Below, piece by piece: positions 1-8,775 of a stretch of DNA of 64,000 bases. Made by a program: the position numbers and the translations under genes. This DNA is from Prochloron sp. SulCav_FS08_3_32_3330 (GTDB lineage Bacteria > Cyanobacteriota > Cyanobacteriia > Cyanobacteriales > DYNF01), in the NCBI GenBank assembly GCA_020721205.1, contig DYNF01000003.1, positions 15,038-79,037 of the forward strand, read 5' to 3'. How positions within the stretch are numbered: position 1 is the first letter of the stretch; every line of letters starts with the position of its first letter. Under the pieces are notes generated by a model. It was not told the DNA's origin, ran no database searches, and saw only the letters and a program-made list of their open reading frames with translations.

Positions 1-544
1 ATTCTTGATCAAGTTCAGCAAAAAGAGGCTGATCTTTATAAAAGGGAATAAAATTAACTTCTGTGTGAATAACTAAGGTATTTTTAAGTTTATTTACTCC
101 ATTTTTAATAATAGCTAATTCGCTCCCTTGGACATCAAGTTTTAAATAATCTATTGCTTCAATTTCTTCTATTTCATCAAGTTTTTTAGTGGAAATTGCT
201 TGTTGATCAATAATTTTTGCCCATTCTGCAAAGCCATGAAAATGCTCTAAAATTGTTAAATCAGGTTCTAAAAGAGATGTCATTCCGGGGGCTAAACAAA
301 TATTAAGAATTGCCTCATTTCCATCTCCTAGCGCCTGAGGAAGAAATTTTAATTTCGGATTAGTTTGTTGTAATAAAATTTGATATTGTTCAGGACTAGG
401 TTCAAAACCAATAACATTAGCTTTCTCTATATCTATCAGTTTTTGATAAGGAGGAGTTCCATCAATGGGACTGGCACCAATATCAACAATATTAATATCC
501 GGTAGATCAATATAATCAAAAATATTATATAGGGAATTTTGCAT
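1..544 (-). CDS. FkbM-family SAM-dependent methyltransferase (C-terminus runs off window start)
   Basis: Own translation of the minus strand from ATG at 544-542: MQNSLYNIFDYIDLPDINIVDIGASPIDGTPPYQ...IDYLKLDVQGSELAIIKNG. The frame stays open to position 1. The DIGAS and LKLDVQGSE motifs fit FkbM/Methyltransf_21. Confidence 0.65.
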   Translation of the reverse strand, partial: MQNSLYNIFDYIDLPDINIVDIGASPIDGTPPYQKLIDIEKANVIGFEPSPEQYQILLQQTNPKLKFLPQALGDGNEAILNICLAPGMTSLLEPDLTILEHFHGFAEWAKIIDQQAISTKKLDEIEEIEAIDYLKLDVQGSELAIIKNGVNKLKNTLVIHTEVNFIPFYKDQPLFAELDQE

Positions 545-692
545 GATTTTAATAATCTTAAAAAGTGATCTTTAATAACAATTGTAGATGGGCAATTAGT
601 ATAATTATTTTTTTGGGAAAAATTTATTTTTTTCTGCAAATTTTCCCCTCTACAATTTAACTGATTACTGTTAACTGATTACTGTTAACTGA

Positions 693-1340
693 TTAAACGA
701 GGAGCCAATTTTTGGCTTCTTCCCAACCCATTCCTTCTCGCAATATTGTTGGCTCATCTGTGGTTAAATCAATAATTGTAGATACTTGAATACCCGGATC
801 TTCCCCTGTTTCAATAATAATATCTACTAATTTATTCATTTCATCAAATAATTTTGCTCTTTCTAAGCCCATAGTGGGAAATTCTCCCTCTAAATCCGCT
901 AAATGGGAAGATGTGGAAATAATCGGATTTCCTAATGCTTCTAAAATAGCTTGACAAAAGGGATGATCCGGGACCCGAATCCCTGTGGTTTTTCTTTTTG
1001 GACTCATTACTACTTTTGGTACTAATTTTGTTCCGGGTAATACAAATGTATAGGTACCCGGAATTAAATGTTTCATTAAACGATAAGCTGGATCCGAGAC
1101 GACTGCATATTCGGAAATGTTAGATAATGAGGAACAAAGAAAGGTTAAGGGTTTGTCATTAGACATTCGTTTAATCTGTCTAACTCTTTTGACTGCGTTT
1201 TGATTGTTTAAGTCGCAACCAATAGCGTAAACTGTATCCGTTGGGTATAACATGACTGCACCTTTTTGGAGCGCGGTTTTAATTTTTTCAATTTGAAATT
1301 GTTGGGGAATCTGGGGATGAATTGCGTAATGAGTAGCCAT
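693..1340 (-). CDS. tsaC: L-threonylcarbamoyladenylate synthase (YrdC/Sua5 domain, short TsaC type)
   Basis: 215 aa. YPTDTVYAIGCD and GIRVPDHP motifs are typical of the YrdC domain. Confidence 0.85.
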   Translation of the reverse strand: MATHYAIHPQIPQQFQIEKIKTALQKGAVMLYPTDTVYAIGCDLNNQNAVKRVRQIKRMSNDKPLTFLCSSLSNISEYAVVSDPAYRLMKHLIPGTYTFVLPGTKLVPKVVMSPKRKTTGIRVPDHPFCQAILEALGNPIISTSSHLADLEGEFPTMGLERAKLFDEMNKLVDIIIETGEDPGIQVSTIIDLTTDEPTILREGMGWEEAKNWLLV

Positions 1341-1357
1341 TTTTTTTATCTCTGATT

Positions 1358-2638
1358 ATGAATAAATTTGTTTATTTAATGTGTCCGACGGGAATTTCGG
1401 GTGATATGTTTTTAGGGGCTTTAGTGGATATTGGTGTGCCTTTAACATATTTACGTCAACAGTTATCTTTATTAGGTTTAGATGATGAATTTAAACTTAA
1501 TGGTGAAAAGATTATCCGTAATGGGCAATCCTGTACTAAGGTTAATGTTGATTTAATTATGTCTAAACATGATCATGGCAAAAATTCCCATTCCCATGAT
1601 AAACATCATCATGAACAAATAAGACATTTACCTGAAATTGAGGAGATTATTCTTCAGAGTGATCTTTCTGATCTGGTAAAAAAATCTAGTGTGAATATTT
1701 TTCGTAATTTGGCGATCGCTGAGGGGGCTGTTCATGGTATAAGTCCTGAAAAGGTACATTTTCATGAGGTGGGCGCTACCGATGCGATCGTGGATATTGT
1801 GGGAACTTGTATTGGTTTAAATTATTTAGGAGTTGAAAAATTATATTGTTCTGCTTTACCGATCGGGGGAGGTACGGTAAAAGTGGCTCATGGTGAGCTT
1901 TCTGTCCCTGTCCCGGCGGTGTTAAAATTATGGGAATCTCGTCAAGTTCCGGTTTATAGTAATAAGATTGAAAAAGAATTAGTTACTCCTACAGGTGCGG
2001 CAATTACTGTTACATTGGTGGAAAATTTTGGTAATCCTCCGGCGATGAAAATTGAAAAAATTGGTTTGGGGGCGGGTAATCATAATTTAATTATTCCTAA
2101 TATTTTACAATTGTGGTTAGGGACGGGTTTAAATATTAATCAAACTGAGGAAATAAGTAACTTTAATCATCAAAATTTAGAAACAATTACGGTTTTAGAA
2201 ACTCAAATTGATGATCTATCTCCTCAAGCGATCGCTTATACAATGGATAGTTTATTTAATGGGGGGGCGTTAGAGGTTTTTACTCAACCGATTATGATGA
2301 AAAAAAATCGTTTAGGGATATTATTAACGGTAATTTGTCAGCCTGAAAATGTGGCAAAATGTGAAGAAATTATCTTTAAAGAAACTACTACTTTAGGGAT
2401 TAGAAGATTAACTCAAGAAAGACATATTTTACATCGAGAATTTACAGAAGTGGAAACAATTTACGGAGTTGTTAAAATTAAAATTGGTTATCAGATGTTA
2501 GGAGGAGAAAAGCAAATTATGAATGTACAACCGGAGTATGAAGATTGTGTAATTTTAGCAAAAAAACACAATCAATCTTGGCGAGAAATTCATCAACTTG
2601 CTTTAGAAACATGGCGAAATTTGAACGGAAAAATATAG
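1358..2638 (+). CDS. larC: Nickel-pincer cofactor biosynthesis / nickel insertion protein LarC (DUF111)
   Basis: N-terminus CPTGISGDMFLGALVDIGVP, His-rich stretch KHDHGKNSHSHDKHHHEQ, HFHEVGATDAIVDIVG. Confidence 0.85.
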   Translation: MNKFVYLMCPTGISGDMFLGALVDIGVPLTYLRQQLSLLGLDDEFKLNGEKIIRNGQSCTKVNVDLIMSKHDHGKNSHSHDKHHHEQIRHLPEIEEIILQSDLSDLVKKSSVNIFRNLAIAEGAVHGISPEKVHFHEVGATDAIVDIVGTCIGLNYLGVEKLYCSALPIGGGTVKVAHGELSVPVPAVLKLWESRQVPVYSNKIEKELVTPTGAAITVTLVENFGNPPAMKIEKIGLGAGNHNLIIPNILQLWLGTGLNINQTEEISNFNHQNLETITVLETQIDDLSPQAIAYTMDSLFNGGALEVFTQPIMMKKNRLGILLTVICQPENVAKCEEIIFKETTTLGIRRLTQERHILHREFTEVETIYGVVKIKIGYQMLGGEKQIMNVQPEYEDCVILAKKHNQSWREIHQLALETWRNLNGKI

Positions 2639-2660
2639 CAAATCATTCTTAAAAAACAAT

Positions 2661-2690
2661 TGTAGAGACGTAAAATTTTACGTCTCTACA
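2661..2690. repeat. Perfect 30-bp palindromic hairpin TGTAGAGACGTAAAATTTTACGTCTCTACA (family H1)
   Basis: Read directly. Further copies at 5666-5695 and 5768-5808. Confidence 0.9.
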
Positions 2691-2750
2691 AAAGTTTGTT
2701 GTTGTGCTTTAGCACTACGAATAAGGGCTAAAGCCCAACAACAAACCTTT
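2691..2750. repeat. Stem-loop repeat family H2 (AAAGTTTGTTGTTG.GCTTTAGC ... GCTAAAGCCCAACAACAAACCTTT); likely larC/nitroreductase bidirectional terminator
   Basis: Inverted arms read directly. Related copies at 8645-8706, 23734-23760 (half), 30128-30190 and 36689-36756. Confidence 0.8.
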
Positions 2751-3351
2751 AAAATTGATCGAATATTACGACTTCATTAAAATCTAATTGTCCTCCACGA
2801 GGTAAAGCAGGTTTTAAGGCTTTACCTACGGAAATCATTAAACAAATAATATGATCTTCAGGTAGATTAATTATTTCTGCTACTTTTACCGGATCAAAAC
2901 CGATCATCGGGCAACTATCATACCCCATTGCTTTAGCCGTTAACATTAAAGTTTGTGCGGCAATCCCACAGGATCTAATTGCTTCATCTCTTTGGATTTG
3001 TTCTTTTCCCTCATAAAAATTACCAATCATTGGTACAATCATTTTTTGTATTTCAGTGGGAGCATTTTGCCAATATCTAGCTGGATTTTTTTGCCATGCT
3101 TTAAGATCGGCACAAATAACGACTAAAATTGAGGCATCGGTAATTTGAGCTTGATCCCATGCGGCATTTCTGATTTTTTGACGAATTTCGGGATTTTTTA
3201 CTGCTAAAAAACGCCAATTTTGAATGTTAAAGGATGTGGGAGAAAGCAGAGTAAGCTCAAAAAGTTGTTTAATTTCTGCCTCAGATATTTTATGAGTTGA
3301 ATCGTAGTGTTTAACGGAGCGTCGTTGTTGAATAGCATCAAAAGTATTCAT
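2749..3351 (-). CDS. NAD(P)H nitroreductase family protein
   Basis: 200 aa. The N-terminus MNTFDAIQQRRSVKHYD is typical of the nitroreductase fold. Confidence 0.8.
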   Translation of the reverse strand: MNTFDAIQQRRSVKHYDSTHKISEAEIKQLFELTLLSPTSFNIQNWRFLAVKNPEIRQKIRNAAWDQAQITDASILVVICADLKAWQKNPARYWQNAPTEIQKMIVPMIGNFYEGKEQIQRDEAIRSCGIAAQTLMLTAKAMGYDSCPMIGFDPVKVAEIINLPEDHIICLMISVGKALKPALPRGGQLDFNEVVIFDQF

Positions 3352-3507
3352 AAAAAATTTTGTAATGATGTTTTTTTGTTAAAGAATATTATAGAATGGT
3401 TAAGCTATAGTTGAAAGAAAATCAGGTAAAACCCTGAGCGAAAATAATTTTGATACCATAGCGAAAGTAATATTTTTTTAGATAAAAGTCTAATAGGAGG
3501 AATTTTT

Positions 3508-3744
3508 ATGTCACGCAGATGTCAACTTACGGGTAAAAAAGCAAATAACGGTTGTGCGGTTTCCCACTCTCACCGTCGCACGAAAAAGTTACAACAAGTT
3601 AATTTACAGTGGAAAAGAGTTTGGTGGTCTGAGGGCAATCGTTGGGTAAAACTTCGTTTATCTACTAAGGCGATTAAAACTTTACAAACTAAAGGTTTAC
3701 AAGCAATGGCAATAGAAGCAGGAATTAATCTTAATAAGTGTTAA
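3508..3744 (+). CDS. rpmB: 50S ribosomal protein L28
   Basis: [42 protein letters not shown] 8 nt upstream. Confidence 0.95.
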   Translation: MSRRCQLTGKKANNGCAVSHSHRRTKKLQQVNLQWKRVWWSEGNRWVKLRLSTKAIKTLQTKGLQAMAIEAGINLNKC

Positions 3745-3780
3745 TTTTTAAGATTAATTAAATTAAATCCCCGACTTTTT

Positions 3781-3813
3781 AAATCCCCGACTTTTTGGAA
3801 AAGTCGGGGATTT
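3781..3813. terminator. Bidirectional hairpin terminator AAATCCCCGACTTTTT-GGAA-AAGTCGGGGATTT, with an extra direct copy of the left arm at 3765-3780
   Basis: Perfect stem between convergent rpmB and the GT39 gene. Confidence 0.75.
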
Positions 3814-3816
3814 GAT

Positions 3817-5601
3817 CTATAATCTTATTAATTGATAAACTCCTTGTTTTTCAATTATTTGATAGGAATTTTTAGCTAAGTTTAATTCTTTAATTCTATT
3901 AGGTTGGGCAATAATTAAAAAGGATTGATTTTTGTTAATATTTTTTTCATTTATATAGGTTATTGCTTCGGAATTACTGTTAAAAAATTTTACGGGATGT
4001 TGACTATAATATACTAAACTTGGACGAATAAATCCGATTAATAAGATTTCTTCTTTTGGTTGTTGAATTTGTTTAATCGTTGTGGCTAAATTTCTTAATG
4101 GTAGTTGGGCATTAAGATCATATATTTTTGCATTGGGAATCAGAAATGTGGGAATAAATAAGAAAAATCCTACAGCATTTGTTAACCATAAATAGCTTTT
4201 TTTTGATTGATTTAATAATAAAATTATACTTAATATTGCCATAATTGACCATACAATACAAGCTATTTCTGGGGTATGAGATAAAATTATTGCTTCTTTA
4301 ATATTAGGGATTAAGGGATCGTTGCCTAAAAAGTTAGGTAAGTTTAAACTAGCAATAGCAAGAATTATTAAAATAATTATATTTAAAATGGCGGTTAAAT
4401 AGTAACTCCATAAGGGAAAATCTGGTTTTTTCTTAATAATTATTTCTCGTAATGTTAAGGTTATTAAAATGGCTTCGGCGGGTATTACGGGTAAAATATA
4501 ACTAGGTAATTTTGTGACAGAAATTGAGAAAAATGTAAAAATTACGACTAACCAAATTAAAGCAAATAATCCTAGTTGTTTAGTTCTATTTTGTTCAATA
4601 TAATGGTTACGTTGCCAAAATTTTAATCTAATTATTGCTAAGGGTAAATAACATGACCAAGGTATTAATCCCACTAATAAAACTGGAAAGAAATAATACC
4701 ATGATCCGGGATGATTACTAACTACACTGGTATATCTAGCAAAGTTATGATAACCGAAAAATATATCAAGATATTCTGAGCCGTGTATAATACTAATAGC
4801 AATAAACCAAGGTACTGTTACTATTAAAAATAAGGGGATACCTAAAGGTAATTTTAACTCTTTTAAAACTGGTTTCCATTGTTTAACATAAATTAAAAAG
4901 CTACTAATAATAATTACGGGTAATAATAGACCAGCAGGACCTTTTGTTAATACGGCTAAACCGCAGAAAAAATAAAAGGCTAAATACCAAAAAAGTTTAA
5001 GTTTTTGTTCTGTTTTAGGATAAATATAACCGAGAAAAAATGATAATAAAGCCAGACTAATATTACTCGATAATAACATATCAGAAACCCCTACTCTTGA
5101 CCATGCAATCCACGCAGGATTTAAAATAGTAATTATTGCTCCAATGGTGGCTATTAATAAACTTTGAATATGCTTAAAATCCACCTTTGCGTCTTTGCGT
5201 CTTTGCGTGATATTTTCATCAATTTCTTGGGGTTTATTTAATAATTGATTAACTAAATAAATTAAATAAAAAACTAAGATTACTGTTAAAAAAGCGAAAA
5301 TTGCGGAAGGTAATCTAGCTGAAGTTTCATTAATACCAAAAAGTTTAAAACAAATAGCCATTAACCAATAAATTAAAGGCGGTTTATCAAAGCGGGTGGC
5401 ATCATTCCAATAAGGAGTAATCCAGTCTCCTGTGATTACCATTTGACGGGCGGCTTCCACAAACATGGGTTCAGTTTTATCTATTAAACCCATATTTCCT
5501 AACTGATAAAAAAAGGCTATTCCTGAGATCAAAGTTACAATTAAAATAGCAATAATTGTTGTTTGTTGATTAGTTAAATTAAGATTTTTTTTGATGATCA
5601 T
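3817..5601 (-). CDS. ArnT/PMT-like membrane glycosyltransferase (GT39/GT83 type)
   Basis: 594 aa, many TM segments. N-terminal motif DKTEPMFVEAARQMVITGDWITPYWNDATRFDKPPLIYW. Confidence 0.8.
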   Translation of the reverse strand: MIIKKNLNLTNQQTTIIAILIVTLISGIAFFYQLGNMGLIDKTEPMFVEAARQMVITGDWITPYWNDATRFDKPPLIYWLMAICFKLFGINETSARLPSAIFAFLTVILVFYLIYLVNQLLNKPQEIDENITQRRKDAKVDFKHIQSLLIATIGAIITILNPAWIAWSRVGVSDMLLSSNISLALLSFFLGYIYPKTEQKLKLFWYLAFYFFCGLAVLTKGPAGLLLPVIIISSFLIYVKQWKPVLKELKLPLGIPLFLIVTVPWFIAISIIHGSEYLDIFFGYHNFARYTSVVSNHPGSWYYFFPVLLVGLIPWSCYLPLAIIRLKFWQRNHYIEQNRTKQLGLFALIWLVVIFTFFSISVTKLPSYILPVIPAEAILITLTLREIIIKKKPDFPLWSYYLTAILNIIILIILAIASLNLPNFLGNDPLIPNIKEAIILSHTPEIACIVWSIMAILSIILLLNQSKKSYLWLTNAVGFFLFIPTFLIPNAKIYDLNAQLPLRNLATTIKQIQQPKEEILLIGFIRPSLVYYSQHPVKFFNSNSEAITYINEKNINKNQSFLIIAQPNRIKELNLAKNSYQIIEKQGVYQLIRL

Positions 5602-5665
5602 TGATTAATATATTTAAGAAATAACAAAATATCATAACATCTCAATGGTAAAATAAGCGAATTAA

Positions 5666-5695
5666 TGTAGAGATGTTTCATGAAACGTCTCTACA
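5666..5695. repeat. H1 palindromic hairpin copy (TGTAGAGATGTTTCATGAAACGTCTCTACA)
   Basis: Read directly. Confidence 0.85.
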
Positions 5696-5767
5696 AATTA
5701 AAGTATAAATAAATTGTTACACTTTTCGTAACAATTCCCACCACTTTTTAAAGATTAGGTTAAGCTA

Positions 5768-5808
5768 ATTAATGTAGAGACGTAAAATTTTACGTCTCTA
5801 CATTAATT
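5768..5808. repeat. H1 palindromic hairpin copy with extended arms (AATTAATGTAGAGACGTAAAATTTTACGTCTCTACATTAATT)
   Basis: Read directly. Core identical to 2661-2690. Confidence 0.9.
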
Positions 5809-5826
5809 ATTTTCCTCAATATAAAT

Positions 5827-6801
5827 ATGGTTAATCTCATCGAAGATCAAAAAATGGATCGTTTTGCGATCGCTACTTATGGACTAACAAAACAATTTGA
5901 GCGCCAAATTGCGGTTAATGATTTAGAATTACAAGTAGACCGAGGGGAAGTTTACGGACTGATCGGACCTAACGGGGCGGGTAAAACGACCTTAATAAGG
6001 ATGTTAGCCGCCGCCGAGGAGCCGACTACAGGCGAAATCTATATTAATGGGGAAAGATTACTCAGAGATGACAGTAATCCCCGTTTAAAGCAGAGTTTGG
6101 GCTATCTACCCGATGATTTTCCCCTCTATGATGATTTAACCGTGTGGGATTATTTAGATTATTTTGCCAGACTTTATTATTTAAAACAACCGAAGCGTCG
6201 ACGACGTTTAAATGAAGTTTTAGAATTAGTGGATCTTACCAGTAAAAGAGATAGTTTGATCGCCACTTTATCTAGGGGCATGAAACAGCGTTTAAGTCTT
6301 GCTAGAACTATTATACATGAGCCTGTATTATTATTATTAGATGAGCCTGTTTCCGGTTTAGATCCTAGGGCAAGAATGCACTTTCGAGAAATTATTAAAG
6401 TCTTACAAGAAGCAGGAATGACTATTTTAATTTCTTCTCATGTTTTATCAGATTTGGCAGAATTATGTACTTCTGTGGGTATTATGGAATTAGGGTTTTT
6501 AGTAGAAAGTTGTACTCTTAAAGACTTATATAAGCGTTTATCTCGTCAACAAATTATTATTTCTACCCTTGGCAAAATGGACGATTTAGAAAGTGAATTA
6601 AAAAATAATTCTTTGGTGGAAGGATGGGAAAATTTAAACAAAGATAATACTTTAAAAGTCAATTTTTCTGGTAATCCTGAAGATAGTTCTCTATTATTAA
6701 AACAGTTAATTTTACAAGAAATTCCGATTACAGAATTTCATTGTAAAAATGAAGATTTAGAAACTATTTTCTTAAAAATGGGTCATCAACAAGTCTGTTA
6801 A
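5827..6801 (+). CDS. ABC transporter ATP-binding protein (ABC-2 exporter type)
   Basis: Walker A GPNGAGKTT, signature LSRGMKQRLSLA, Walker B LLLLDEP. The start may be the internal ATG at 5854. Confidence 0.9.
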   Translation: MVNLIEDQKMDRFAIATYGLTKQFERQIAVNDLELQVDRGEVYGLIGPNGAGKTTLIRMLAAAEEPTTGEIYINGERLLRDDSNPRLKQSLGYLPDDFPLYDDLTVWDYLDYFARLYYLKQPKRRRRLNEVLELVDLTSKRDSLIATLSRGMKQRLSLARTIIHEPVLLLLDEPVSGLDPRARMHFREIIKVLQEAGMTILISSHVLSDLAELCTSVGIMELGFLVESCTLKDLYKRLSRQQIIISTLGKMDDLESELKNNSLVEGWENLNKDNTLKVNFSGNPEDSSLLLKQLILQEIPITEFHCKNEDLETIFLKMGHQQVC

Positions 6802-6958
6802 AAGTGGGAAGTGGGAAGTGGGAAGTGGGGTAAAATAAGGAAAATGCAGGGTGTTAATAAGTCGGGTTTAAATTTTAATTTATAGTTCAATTTATTGAAC
6901 TTAGTTTCCGTTAAATATTAACTGTCAACTATCAACTGTCAACTATCAACTATTAATT

Positions 6959-8524
6959 ATGTTAACAAAAACTTTAGATCAAATTGGGGATTTTAATCCT
7001 CAATTATTTCGAGAATTAAAAGGAAATTTAAAACCTCGTAATCTCATTTTAACTGTGATGATTACCTTAATTTTACAGATAATTATTACTACAACTTTTA
7101 CAGATAATTACTGTGAAAATTATGATCAAATAGCCCAAATTTGTCGTCAAACCACAGTAGAAATAAAATGGGAATATCTCTTTAGAACTTTAAATTATTT
7201 AATTCCTTTAACAGCTTATATTGGAGGAGTTTATCAACTGGTTTCTGATTTATCAAAAGAACAAAGTCGAGGGACATTAAATTTTATTCGTTTAACACCT
7301 CAATCTAGTTATAGAATTTTATCAGGAAAAATATTAGGTGTACCTTCCCTTGTTTATTTAGGAATTTTAGCTTGTATTCCTTTACATTTGATCGCTGGAA
7401 TAAGCTCTAATATTTCTATTTTTTGGTTATTAGGAATTTACACTTTATGGATAGCAGGAGGTTTATTTTTTTCCGTAATCTCAACATTTTATACTTTATT
7501 ATTTGGGGGTCAAAGTAACTCTAATACTATGGCAACTTCCCTTAATGGCTTAGGATGTGTGATTACCTTTATGCTAGGAATACCTTATATTCAAATGATT
7601 GATGTTAGTCATCAATTATATCAAGAATATAGCTATGGTTTTACTGATTGGACATGGTTTTTATTCCCTTTAGGACAAATTCCCTTAATGGCTTATTTAT
7701 GGTTAATAATTAGTGTTTTAACTGTTACTTATTGGTTGTGGGAAGCTATTAATCGTCGCTTTAATAATCCGAATAAAACTCCTTTAAGTAAAATCCAAGG
7801 TTATGGTTTAATGACTTGTTTTCAACTGTGGTTATTAGGCTTTGTTATTCCTAGTAATCAAGGGGGTATAACTTCTGAACATTTTGGCGTAGGATTAGGA
7901 TTTATTTTCTTTTTAATTCCTCTATGTTATCTCATTTTAATGATAGCTATTACCCCCCATCGTCAAACTTTATTAGATTGGGTAAGATATCGTCATAAAA
8001 TGAATAATCATCAGGATATTTTGCCTGATTTATTAATAGGAGAAAAAAGCCCAGCTATTTTAGCGATCGCTGTTAATACTTTAATAACTTTAATTATTTG
8101 GCTTAGTTGGGCTTTATTAGTACCAAAAGAAACAGGATTTTCTCTTAGTGAGTTTACTATTCCTGAAATGATTATAGCTTTAATTTTAACCCTAAGTATA
8201 GCCTTAATTTATGCTGTAATTATGCAACTTTCCCTAATGATGAAAACTAATAAAAGATGGGAAATAGGAGTAGTAATTTTAGCAGTAGTGATGATTTTTC
8301 CCCTCGCTTTAGGAGGAATTTTTGCTTCAAAATCCATTGATATTTCTTTAATTTGGGCATTTTCTCCCGTACCTTTTTTCGTCTTTATGAATGGAGGAAT
8401 ATTCACAGCATTGGCTGGTTTTTTCGGTCAAATAGGCATATTAACTTGGTTAACTTTAACCTTACAAAAACAACTGAAAAAAGCCGGACAATCGGAAACA
8501 AAATCAATTTTATCTAGTCATTAG
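6959..8524 (+). CDS. Large polytopic membrane protein, putative ABC-2-type permease partner (paralog A)
   Basis: 521 aa. Shares with the 8776 ORF the blocks QIG.FNPQLFRE.KG, DLSKE..GTLNFIRL.PQS, HRQ.L.DW.RY and GEKSP..LAIA. Confidence 0.7.
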   Translation: MLTKTLDQIGDFNPQLFRELKGNLKPRNLILTVMITLILQIIITTTFTDNYCENYDQIAQICRQTTVEIKWEYLFRTLNYLIPLTAYIGGVYQLVSDLSKEQSRGTLNFIRLTPQSSYRILSGKILGVPSLVYLGILACIPLHLIAGISSNISIFWLLGIYTLWIAGGLFFSVISTFYTLLFGGQSNSNTMATSLNGLGCVITFMLGIPYIQMIDVSHQLYQEYSYGFTDWTWFLFPLGQIPLMAYLWLIISVLTVTYWLWEAINRRFNNPNKTPLSKIQGYGLMTCFQLWLLGFVIPSNQGGITSEHFGVGLGFIFFLIPLCYLILMIAITPHRQTLLDWVRYRHKMNNHQDILPDLLIGEKSPAILAIAVNTLITLIIWLSWALLVPKETGFSLSEFTIPEMIIALILTLSIALIYAVIMQLSLMMKTNKRWEIGVVILAVVMIFPLALGGIFASKSIDISLIWAFSPVPFFVFMNGGIFTALAGFFGQIGILTWLTLTLQKQLKKAGQSETKSILSSH

Positions 8525-8601
8525 TTATTGGTCATTTGTCACTGGTTATTAGTTATTAGTTATTAGTTTAATTAAGTCGCTTTAGCCGACTTTAGCTATT
8601 A

Positions 8602-8739
8602 GCTTTGAAATTTATGATCCTGTTGGCGAATTAAAAAAATTAGGCTCGTAGTTGGGCTTTAGCCCTATCTACCTAGTGCTAAATAGGGCTAAAGCCCAAC
8701 TACAAACATTTCGCCAACAGGATCATTTATTTCAAAGCG
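8602..8739. mobile_element. Nested MITE-like element: outer 29-bp inverted arms around an inner H2-family hairpin (8645-8706)
   Basis: Outer arms are GCTTTGAAATTTATGATCCTGTTGGCGAA and TTCGCCAACAGGATCATTTATTTCAAAGC. Read directly; the element has no ORF. Confidence 0.7.
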
Positions 8740-8775
8740 ATCTTAATCCTTAAATTTTGAATTTTGTGAATTATT

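Noticed and set aside
436-639. 67-aa minus ORF from the track
   Set aside because: It is out of frame with, and overlapping, the FkbM-like CDS that starts at 544. It has low-complexity composition.
5181-5215. GCGTCTTTGCG triple inside the GT39 gene resembling part of the 67-bp dispersed repeat
   Set aside because: Only about 20 nt are similar, and the stretch is in frame as QRRKDAKVD in a loop. This is too short to call an insertion.
8209-8406. Antisense or nested short ORFs from the track. These are 8209-8406, 13431-13619, 18793-18975, 21464-21691, 24904-25086, 27282-27545, 29777-29986, 30541-30777, 31123-31311, 32078-32275, 38882-39094, 44433-44669, 44440-44673, 46627-46869, 53574-53777, 56036-56224, 56133-56327 and 63114-63308.
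   Set aside because: Each lies inside or antisense to a longer ORF with clear family motifs. Their compositions are typical of off-frame AT-rich translation.
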